DNA from: Antedon mediterranea
Lineage: Eukaryota > Animalia > Echinodermata
Length of the DNA: 64,000 bases
Assembly (NCBI RefSeq): GCF_964355755.1
Contig: NC_092672.1
Location: 25,798,437-25,862,436 of the forward strand
Direction: 5' to 3'
This document shows positions 1-10,894 of the stretch, piece by piece (the first letter of the stretch is position 1; every line of letters starts with the position of its first letter). The position numbers were made by a program, and so were the translations under genes. The notes beneath the pieces were generated by a model. That model saw only the letters and a program-made list of their open reading frames with translations, had not been told where the DNA came from and did not search any database.

Positions 1-192
1 GTTAGGTTAAATTCAAAATTAATTAAAATCTCAATTTAGAAAGTTTAATACACACTCCAAACAATGAAATGTGTGTTTGTACTTCCATATTAAATAACAA
101 TGTTAGTATAAAATAACTGTCAAAACAAACAATTGTTACAGTAATTTATAAATATACCTCTTTATTAAATATTTCCTCAACTATTTTTCCAG

Positions 193-1910
193 GTGTCAAT
201 ACCAGCATTACACATTTCTCTTGGGTTGTTTAAGAAACTCTATGATATGCTGGAAAAAGACGTGCACAATCTTGATGTTATAATTTTTAACATGCGACAG
301 GATGGTGACATCTTGACTGGTAACTTCAAATGTTGTTTTAACTTTACATTGACATTAAATAAACTCAATTGGTGAAGTTGCTTTTAAAATATACATTGTC
401 CCTTTCAGCATAGAATTCAGTAAATTTCGAAATTGTTTATCCTGTTTTTATGCATAATAAACAAACCTTTGGCTGAAACTTATTTTTCTATGAATTATCC
501 ATATTATCATTAACATTTTTTAAATATACTCATTTTGATGCTCATTTTTGATGCAGATTGAAATTTATTTGATTGACCAATATTGTTTAATCTCAGGTGA
601 TCATCTAGCAGACTTTGAGAAAAGCATATCAGAAGCTGCAGCGCATCGAAATGCTACAATGATTAAAATCCAGTCTTTAGAAGAGAATCTTGAGGATTTA
701 AGAAACGAGCTCTCAGTGTCACTTGTGACAAAACAGCATAACAAGATTGCAGAGATTGCAGAGACTGGCCACAGAATAAATCTGAAAGAACAAGAGGTCA
801 AAGACTTGGTCAGTACTACAGTATACACCTTTAAAATTTAAAATTATGTCTAAAATATACAATACTATAAAAATTAATGCTATATTTCTTTTATATTTTA
901 TATAGCGAAGCACTATGAACCAAGAGATAAAATTTGGAACTGGACCTCTATGTACAAAAATGGACGAGGTGTTGAGGAAGAATAAAATTCCTCGACAGCA
1001 GTACCACGGAAAGAGTTTTGTGGGAAACCATGTATACAGAGCATGCAAAGTGAGTAACTAAAATTTCTAAAATGTGAAGTTCGTTAATTTTTACACAGCA
1101 AAATAAGTAATAAAATTAAGAATTATTTGCGATTGACTCTCGCCATACTGTAAACGTTTTATTTTAAACTATATATTTTATTTTTAGTTCAACATCATAG
1201 AAAAGCTCATGGATGGTGTCTCAATGACTTTAAAGCAACAGATACATCACTGTCCTACAAACTGTAAGCAACTGCTAGAAACAAAATTGCACAAGATACA
1301 GGAATCATTTACACCTGTATTCAAAACCTTTACTAATGTCCATGAATGCATAAACCATACGAGGCGCATCACTGATTCAGAAATAGATCAATATGGTAAG
1401 CAAAAACTGATGACCAAATTATGTGAATTTTGTCTGGTTTTATTTATTCTTAATGTGTGATTAATTTCTTCAAACATCTGTATAATTTAAATTCTCATTT
1501 ATAAACTTTCTTGTTACATTAAAATTTAATTCATGATTTTTTGTCATTTCAAAAGACAATACATCTTTCAAATAAAATATTAAATTTTTTTTCACAAAAC
1601 AGAAACCTACATACAACTGTTCTCCAAAGAATACAGACGCATCGCTCCAAATGTGATTCAACCAAAATTGCACATGTTGGAGCACCACACAATACCGTTC
1701 ATGAGAGAATGGAGAGTAGGAGTTGGACTCTTAGCTGAGCAAGGCGGCGAATTAATCCACTCAGAATTTAATCGCCGGAAAAGGGCGGTATATGGATTAA
1801 AGAGCAACCTTGACCAGCTTATGTCAATCATGAAGTCACATCTGACTTTTATTTCACCCGAGATCCAGCATGAGGTGACTAGGCCCAAGTGCAGAAAAGT
1901 TGAGGAATAG
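193..1910 (+). CDS. Chapaev/Transib/RAG1-core-related DDE transposase, last five exons (193-319, 597-808, 906-1049, 1188-1395, 1603-1910); 5' part lies outside the window
   Basis: GT-AG introns join the exons in frame with no stops. Motifs IPALHISLG, QQYHGKSFVGNH, PKLHMLEHH and LAEQGGELIH correspond to RAG1 DALH, NGNFAR, YFHKTLAH (Zn ligands) and SEGNES (catalytic E). Confidence 0.85.
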
Positions 1911-1930
1911 TTTGCTATTTCTCACTCACT

Positions 1931-2478
1931 TAATTGTTACAGTATTGTACATATTATGAATGGTAGTGGTTTTTTTGTTATTGCCAGAACAATGATTTTG
2001 GAAATATTAACAAATGGTATATGAATTTTAATTTAATTTTTTGGAAGTTATTTTTATTTTAATTTGGTTTTAAGAAATTGATTGATAACGGAAATTGATG
2101 TTATTTACTGATTCAGATTTTGATTGCATATCAAAATAAGAATAAATAAATATACAATACAAATATGAAAGAAATATACATTTGTTGTAATTAATTGTTA
2201 CAGTATTGTATATTATGTACAGTATACTGTATGAATGGTAGTGTTTTTTTTTTATTGCTAGAACAATGGTTTTGGAAATACATTAACAAATGGTATATGA
2301 ATTGTAATTGAATTTTTTGAATGTTATTTTATATTAATGTGGTTTTAATATATTAATTGATTGATAACGGAAATTGATGTAATTTACTGATTCAGATTTT
2401 GATTGCATATCAAAATACTGTATTAATAATAAATATACAATACAAATATGAAAGAAATATACATTTGTTATAATTAAA
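1931..2478. repeat. Two imperfect tandem copies (about 260-290 bp) downstream of the transposase stop
   Basis: TAATTGTTACAGTATTGTA...GAAAGAAATATACATTTGTT occurs at about 1931-2190 and 2192-2478. Confidence 0.85.
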
Positions 2479-3338
2479 TATCTAATGTCACAGTACTCTA
2501 TAGCTTCTTTCTATTAATATATTACACCCCCGAGAACAATTATCTTTGACTAAGAAGGTTTAGGTAGGCTGCTAGGCCTTTAACCTGCTGATGATGTACA
2601 GTAGCCTATATTTTATATATAGTATAGGCATGTAGCCTGACCTACTGTAGTGTAACTCCCCTCCCAATATGATTTTTTAAATATCTTAGGCCTAGCTAGG
2701 TCCTAGGCTAGGCCTCATTATTCATTAGGACCAGGCTAGCCTACTAGAAACAGCTGTAAACTGTCACTCAGGCCCCAGAATAGACATGTTTACCTGTTAA
2801 AAATACACAGCCATTAGTCTTACACAGCTGGTTTTAACCACGCAAGGGGCCTGGGCCTAGCTAGCATAGGAAAAAATCCAGCCAGGCAATATGGATACGA
2901 ACCTTGTTAAAACATTCAAGGATAACTAAAGTATCCAACTAAATCAAAGAATTCAACAGAAAAAATTATTTTTAAACTGATATGGAAAAAAACATTTATA
3001 CCTACTTTTTAAATGTATCACTTGAGAAAAAAACTGGCGTTGGGTATACAATGTTGGTTAACTTTCAGTTAGATTCCCTCTGAAAATCCACGTGATAAAA
3101 CGACATCAACATCTTTTTCACCTTCATCCAGGGTTGTTCTAATGAATATTCATTATTTTTCTGGCTTTCGCGGTTTTTATTTGTTTTTATTGGCTATTAA
3201 AATACAGTCGTTTTATGCTTGATCGCTTCCGGGTACCTCGTGTGGTTTGTATACAATATGTTTTCGGAATCGCTACTCCATAAAACGATATGAACGTTGG
3301 GGGCGCTACACTTAATTTGTATTTCTGGAACAGCTGTG

Positions 3339-3826
3339 GATGGAGTTTAGCAGTTCAAGAAATGAATCTGGAAATTCATCATATCAGAGGAAAAGACAAT
3401 GTTGTAGCTGACGCTTTGTTAAGAGTTTAGATAAAACATGCATGAAATGATTTTAAAAGTTTTGTTGATTTTAAAAGTGTTTATTTAATTATAATATGTT
3501 AGTTGTGATAGAGTGATGCATTAATGGCATACACGGATTTAAAGTAATTAGAACTTGTGAAATTTTAAAGAAACAGTTGAAGTAAATTCATATCAACGAC
3601 CTGTTAAAATAACTACTGTATAAGAAAAGACTTAAGATGTTATAGTAAACAGTTATAAGTTTAATCATATCAAACTTTCTTTAAGTGGGGGTGTGTGATG
3701 AGTTTGTCACACGGAAGTGAGCCCTCTAGAGTAAAAGAGGTGAGATGAATAAAGATGGACGACAACTACAACGTGTTTTGTTATGTTCTTATTGTTGGTT
3801 TCAGCCTAACGAGCGAGCCCGTAACA
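3339..3826 (+). mobile_element. Gmr1-like Gypsy 3' end: RNase H tail, PPT and short 3' LTR (3694-3826)
   Basis: Translates WSLAVQEMNLEIHHIRGKDNVVADALLRV*. Pol ending at RNase H implies integrase upstream of RT (Gmr1 order). PPT AAGTGGGGGTG, then TGT...ACA LTR that matches 33889-34008. Confidence 0.8.
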
Positions 3827-4777
3827 CATGTTACTTGGTAGTTGTGGGTGGAAGTGAGTACTACAGCTTTATAAATATATAAAATAAATAGGAATTGTGA
3901 AGCTCTAACATGTTTTTTGTTGTTGTAAATATAGCTTTTTCAATTAAAGTTAAATGTTTATGTTTGTAAAACAAAGTGGGAAACACATTTTAACATAGAG
4001 ACCGATTGGTCACTGAAGTGGAAAATAAAAAGGTAGTTAAGATTTTCACGGACACAAATCAAACAGCTTAGAAATGCTCCGTTAAGTATAACCGTTTTAT
4101 TCAATGATTGAATATGTGTGTTGGTACGTATGGTAACTGAAAATAACAGAAAGTATAATTCCTTCAAATTGATATTCAAATACAGTAGTACATATAAAAT
4201 ACTTTAAACCTTGCTATCATATAAATATGATTATATATGCTATATTATTGTTAATTAAATTGTTACATAGTTTGTTCATCAAAAAGGTACATCCAGTCGC
4301 CTTTTCAACACTATCCCTGTTGCCATAGCAACTAAGGAGAAACCATCGCGCAGACCTAGGCTATACAGCATCTCGCGCACATGTGTACATACTGTGTGAT
4401 AACTAGTTCACCCTTCGAACTATACGCAATCAAAACTATTATATAGATTCTCAAAATGCAATAACATTAATATCCATAGTATCCTAAATATATCTAAAAC
4501 AAGCTGATTCAACAATTAAAGTGATTTATCCATTTTAAACTAATATTTCTTACCTACAAAGGTACGACTGAAGTTTATGACTGATTTATCTAACTACAGG
4601 CAAAACAGTGCCGCGAAAAGTTAAAATATGAAACGCCTCAAATATTGTATGGAAGGCAACTGCGGCCAGCATACTCCCCCCGTGATGACACTTCATCACC
4701 ACTAACACTCTCTAACATATTATAACTATTCAAAATAACATTAACAATTCAATGGTCATAACATATTTATGCGTTAA

Positions 4778-7715
4778 CTAAACAGATTCGACCAGTAATA
4801 CCAGTTCATGTATAGGTCTTTGATACTCAGAGTTAGTTGAAGGTAGCCGTAGGTTGACTTTTCGAACATAGCCGTCATCGCTGGTAAACGTTTGGGTTAT
4901 TATACCAAGATGCCATTGATTTCTTTTAACATTCTTCTCCCTCAATAATACAATATCTCCTACACAAAAGTTTCGCTGCTCTTTCTTCCAAAGCCGTCTT
5001 TGTTGGGTTTGTAAGTAATGTATCCTCCACTGTTTCCAAAATTGGTTTGCTAATACCTGCACCATTTTCCATTGTGCTTGGAACATGTTGGATACATTGT
5101 CATCCACTGCAATTTCTTCAATACAACCATGTTTCTGAGTTAACAATAATGCTGGGCTCAAGTAAGACACTTCGTCAGGATCTGTAGTTAATGGTACTAA
5201 AGGTCGTGAATTGATAATTGCCATTGCCTCTGCCATAAAGGTAACCAATACTTCATGGGAAAGAGATTTTCCTTTGTAGTTATAAAGTATACCATCGAGT
5301 ACCTTTTCTCCTCTCCCATACGCCTCCCATATGGGACGAATGGGGTGGATTTAACTTCCACTCTGCTTCGTTTTTTAGCAAATATGTTTGGATTTTGTCA
5401 TCCCCAATCGCACCAATGAAATTGGAACCTTGGTCTGATCTGAAAAGCTTGACTTTTCCTCTGATTGCTATCAACCTCCTCATTGCATTTATGAAAGAAG
5501 ATGAACTCATTGTCTCAACAACTTCAATGTGAACGGCTCTCGACGTTAAACATGTAAACATTACCGCCCATCTTTTGTTTTGGGCAACACCTCCTCTCGT
5601 TTTCCTGGCTACCACTTCCCATGGCCCAAAGCAATCCACTCCAACATTAGTGAATGGAGGAGTACATATAATCCGGTCTTCTGGTAGATCAGCTAAGCGT
5701 TGCAAACTTAACTTTCCCCTTAGTTTTCTACAAACAACACAATGGTGGATGACAAAAGATACAACTGCTTTCAGACCTGTAACCCAGTAGCCAGCCTCTC
5801 TCACAGCCCCCTCTGTGAACTGTCTTCCCTGATGGTGAATACTGTTGTGAAACCTTCGTACAAGTAGTTTTGCAATGTATGATTTGCCTGGTATGATAAC
5901 TGGATGCTTTACAACAATAGGAAGATTAGCTTTTCGAAGACGTCCGCCAACACACAACAACTCATCTTTATTTAATGTCGGGGCTAATGAGAGAATCTTT
6001 GAATCGTTAGGTAGTTGTTCATTTCTATCAAAACATCTCAATTCTTGCTGATAGAACAAATCTTGAAGTTGTCTGATTACAATAAATTCGGCCTTTTGTT
6101 TGATTTCCCAATTATAGAAGTGACAATGATGCCAGCCTACTTTACATTTAGTTTCATTATTCTTTTTGAATGACTGGGCCACATGAATTAGAAATGCAAC
6201 AGCCTTAATGAAACGTTCCCAACATGAGAACTTCTTGGCCTTTTCTGGAAGTTGGTTGCTTGGTAATTCGTTCTTGCGAACCACCACTTGGCTTTCTTGT
6301 CTGATTTCCTTATCTTCATCAGGCTCTACTAAGGAAAACTCGTCATCTGTCTTTATGTCAAATACAGTACAATCCGGACCAGTTAACCACGGACAACTCT
6401 TCATGGTACGGGCAGACACTTGGCGAGTACCATAATCCGCTGGATTCTTGCTTGTCTGGATATATCTCCACTGTCGAGGGTCTGGAAACTGCAATATTTT
6501 TGTGGTGGGCCTTCCTGTTGGTAGAACTTGTGTGCGTAGACAGTTCGTGCTTTGTCTGTGTAAGCCACTAAGGCATGCTTTGCCAATCACAACCCAACCT
6601 AGGTCTAGTCGTTGCCCCCAAGGGGCGTTGTTAGGTCCGTTTATTACGTCTCTCACTTTGTGTGCTTGGGGTACATCCCTTCCTAGTAAAACTAGAACTT
6701 CTGCACTCTGGTCTACAGTTGGTATTTCACTAGAAATTGATTGCAAATGAGGAAATGCTCTAGCCACTTCTGGAGTGGGAATTTCTGATCTGTTACTTGG
6801 AATTTCGTCACATTCCAACAGGTTAGACACTTCTTGACATCTGTGCTGAGAGACTCTATTGCAAGATTTTCCATTTTTCTTCCAGTCACTCTTCTTTCTC
6901 CATTACATGTTTTAATTCTGTAGTCTAATTTCTCGCCAGATATTTGCAGCAATTTGAATAATTTGGTATCTACTAACGATTTGTTGCTCTGTTCATCAAT
7001 AAGCGCAGAAGCCTTCACTTTATTTTCTGGGTTATCCGGCATGTATAGGTTGACTAAACAAATCTTTGCGCATGACCTGCTCACACCATCCTTGCAAATC
7101 TCTGTGCATTTGGTACCGACTATTGGTACGGGTGCCTGTGTTGGTGCTGTGTTTTCAGTACTTTGTTGAGGCGTCTCTCCAGAGGGTTGCGGTTGTGCAG
7201 TGTCTTTCTGTGGCTGTGCAGTGTTTTGTTGCTGTTGTTGTACAGTGTGCATTGATGATACATGTTTTGGGCTGTTGCACTCACTGCATTTTACTTCTGC
7301 TTTGCAATCTCTGGCGAGGTGGTCAGATGATGCGATGCATCGAAAACACAGTCTGTTGTCTTTTATTATCTTTTTCTTTTCGAGATAGGGTTTGTTTATA
7401 AAGACTCGACATCTCTCAAGAGGATGTGACGCACCAGAATGAAGTGGGCACATTATAGACTCTTTGCTGTTCTTGTTTTGGTCTTTTACACTGGTCTTTG
7501 TAACGCTCACTGTTTGTTGCTTTGGCTTTTCTTTTGTTTTATTTGCATCACATGTGATACCAAAGATTGGATCATTTGCCTTCCTTGACTCTTTTTGTGT
7601 GAATTTCACAAAATCTTGGAATTTGATTGGTTTTTTGTTTTCTTTTAGATTTACAGCTATGTTGCGCCACTTATCATGCAAATAGAATGGTAATTTGTCC
7701 ATTAATTTCTTTAAA
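4778..7715 (-). pseudogene. BEL gag-protease / RNase H end / integrase, frameshifted and internally deleted
   Basis: ORFs 6713-7702 (CPLH, CFRC, CSEC boxes; ALIDEQS protease), 5280-6830 (WRYIQTSKNPAD, HHCC, GVDCFGP, FRSDQGSNF, GGVWER) and 4778-5248. Confidence 0.88.
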
Positions 7716-9247
7716 CTAGATGGTAAGCTCGCTTCGCTCGCGTACCATCTAGGTCGTGCCCACAGATGGTTCTCAAATACACAGTAATTTCAGCGTAAAA
7801 AAATGCTTTTTTTTAATGTACGTACTGCAGGATGATAATAGTTATTATTGTTTAAAGAAACGCATAAATAGACACGATGATTTATGTATTAAACTGAAAT
7901 TAGCACACTGGGAATTACTTCCGAAAGAGAAACTTGTCACAAAATGAGTCCAAATTTGTTATTTGGACTCATTTAAACAAACCCAATTTGTGTTTTGTGT
8001 GTAACATTAGGGTTGAGGGATGGGGAAGAGGATATGGGTACAAAGAAGAACAATGTTTTAATATATTCTTTATCTACTCAGTAACGAAATATGTTTTTCA
8101 TGTTTGATAGGCCTATAAATAATATACCACTTGATACAGTAACACATTTGCGATTTAATACTTTGTTAAAACTGTCACTGTTATAGTCCATTGAAATAGC
8201 ATGTGCATGTAACGATACACGTACCACTACAACGTTTATATTCTTTGTAATTATTAATTAATACAAACATTGAGACGCAACTGTCAGTAGTACAGTTTAT
8301 TTGTATATTGTACGTTTTGTATAACAGTAGGGCCTACTCACAGGCCTATAAATAATATACCACTTGATACAGTAACACATTTGCGACTTAATATTTTATT
8401 GTTAAAACTGTCACTGTCATAGTCGATTGAAATAAAATACGGTAGTACATGTAACGATACACGTACCACTACAACGTTTATATTCTTTGTAATTATTAAT
8501 TAATACAAACGTTGAGAAGCAACTGTCAGTACTACAGTTTATTTGTATATTGTACGTTCTATATAACAGTAGGGCCTACACTCACAGTAATACGTTTATT
8601 TGTACATGATTGTGTTATACATCTAACAGTACCCACACTCACAGTAAATTCAATGGCGACCACAAATGTTAATACGTATTTATTGCAATACTATATCTAT
8701 ATATACGTTTTAGGTTAATTCCCCAAGGGCCAATAAATTTACCTACAGCTGGTGGTACTTGTGTTAAAGCAAAGAGTTATTATTGGAATGTTCCATTCAT
8801 CGGAAATCAATACATTTGTATAAATGTATATTAAATCTATCAAAATAGTATGTTTTTAAGAAAATAGGTCTGTCTTCAACATTATGATGCTGTACTCGAG
8901 CTGTTCAACCGGTTTTCATCCATTAAAAACAATTATCGTAGGAGGAGATAGGAAAATGCGAAGCATCCTCGTATTATTGTATGTTGGTATTTTTCAAGAT
9001 AGACAAGCATTGGACAGTGTATACCACGATCGGAAAACACCCCTATTTGGGGCAAATCGTTGAACCTAAATTCGTTTTAATCGTCAATAACTAATTATCG
9101 AACTCCATTTAATTAGTAAACAGGGTTACATCAGGTGGTTAAAATCAGTATCGAAAGTACGAACCCACTTTATATACCATCGAGTAAACATTCTAGAAGT
9201 AAGGCGCAATTTACCGAATTTTGCCCTTACGTAAATTTATATATAGA
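7716..9247 (-). mobile_element. Non-autonomous Helitron, copy 1
   Basis: Minus strand starts TCTATATATA and ends with a hairpin plus CTAG; inserted between A and T with no TSD. Removal restores BEL gag ILEYPEH|LKKLMDKLP. Internal duplication at about 8110-8340 and 8343-8580. Confidence 0.92.
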
Positions 9248-10197
9248 TGTTCTGGATATTCAAGGATTCTACTTGCATTCACATGTTCTGCTGTGTGTAA
9301 GCACTCTACCAGGAACAACGAAAACTCATCTAAAGCTTTAGGATCTGCTGGCTTTAATCTTGGCCAATCTAATGCTTTCTATATGTATTCACTGGCAATG
9401 AATTCACTGTCACCATATCTGTCTTCTAATTGCGACATAGCCATATGGTAGGCCTTTTCTGACGGTAAGTGGCTGTAACCTACAACAACTCTATTGGCTT
9501 CTCCTATTGTCATTATTTCAAGATATGCCATTTTTTCTTCCTCAGAATTGGTATTGGTAACAATGTGAGAATTGAACTGCCTCCTAAATCTTGGGTATTC
9601 CATTGGGTTTCCGCTAAATTTCTTTATCGTGTGTATACGCTTTCTTAAGCTTTTCACAATTTCGGCAACGGCATCATAGGATGGAGCGAATGTCTTGGCT
9701 GTTGGGTTGAGTTGTTTTCTATGATTTTTAGGAGTGATTACATTTTCATCACCACAGGCAGAAACCCCTGGGGTAATATCCAGTGCTGGCATAGCTGCTG
9801 GTTTAACTGGAGAAGTTTCTAGGTATTGATTGAAACCATTGTTTAATGACATGGGTTGAGGAACTATAGGTATTTCAATAGGTGAACTTCTATCAGGTAT
9901 AGACATTATAAATTTTGATACCTGACTACGTTTGTCTTCTTCTGGAACGTTGATTTGTGATTTTGAATCACTGTATGACCTTAATTCTTGATCTAAGGCC
10001 TCTGATCTGGCTTGCGCCGTTGCCAGGGCTTCTTCTTGTTCGAGGTTTTCTATTTCAACTTGAGCCTTTATAGCCGCTATCTTGGCTTCAGCTTTCTTTT
10101 TTGCGAACGTTTTCTGTGCAGTTTTCACAGCTAACTCTGCCCGTGCTTGGGCTGCAGTCAGTTCCAATTGGCTTCTCGCTGAAGAGATGTTGGACAT
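9248..10197 (-). pseudogene. BEL gag N-terminal part
   Basis: Coiled-coil N-terminus, then KFSGNPMEYPRF (Pao gag); in-frame stop at 9379; interrupted by a Helitron at 9247. Confidence 0.85.
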
Positions 10198-10452
10198 CCT
10201 GATTTATACAGCTTTTTACTTTCACGGACACAAATCAAACAGCTTAGAAATGCTCCGTTAAGTATAACCGTTTTATTCAATGATTGAATATGTGTGTTGG
10301 TACGTATGGTAACTGAAAATAACAGAAAGTATAATTCCTTCAAATTGATATTCAAATACAGTAGTACATATAAAATACTTTAAACCTTGCTATCATATAA
10401 ATATGATTACATATGCTATATTATTGTTAATTAAATTGTTACATAGTTTGTT

Positions 10453-10894
10453 GTTTACATACAGTATCTTTTATAGTATGACATAACTTACAAAGCTGTG
10501 AGCCTATAGATGCAGCACAATGAAAAACATCTGTGAATTTCTACTGTTAAACTTTAATACCTATGAATGAAAAAACTATAACTGACAATCTACGAAATCT
10601 ATAAAACTATTAAAAAGTACAAAATACAACAAATGTAAAAAATTGAAAAATTGAAAAAAGCTGTAATACTTTAATTACATGTGTTTTTTCTCGTATTCTA
10701 AAAGATTCAAAGTTGCATAGAAAATGGACAGAACTTTTGTATATTTAATCTCATGTATACTTTTACGTGTGTTAACTAGTATCAGTATAGCCATAATAAT
10801 GTGTTGTTTTTGTAAACTTTATGTGTTTCATATGGACAGTTTGTCTGAAATAAAGTTGAATTGAATTGAATTAAGGAATCACCCTAAACATAAC
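10453..10894. repeat. 442-bp segment present only in the BEL 5' LTR, containing a LINE/SINE-like tail
   Basis: Absent from LTR 4044-4673; contains AATAAAG(TTGAA)3 at about 10849-10872. Confidence 0.7.

Larger units (their letters stand above)
1..3338 (+). mobile_element. Chapaev-like DNA transposon, right part and terminus
   Basis: Ends ...CTGGAACAGCTGTG at 3338 (reverse complement CACAGCTGTTCCAG), exactly where Gypsy RNase H coding sequence resumes mid-codon. Confidence 0.7.

Noticed and set aside
1911-3338. RAG2-like gene convergent with the transposase
   Set aside because: Only 1.4 kb, much of it duplicated AT-rich sequence; no kelch-like ORF seen.
3958-4179. 73-aa ORF repeated at 10158-10355
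   Set aside because: Incidental reading frame within the BEL LTRs.
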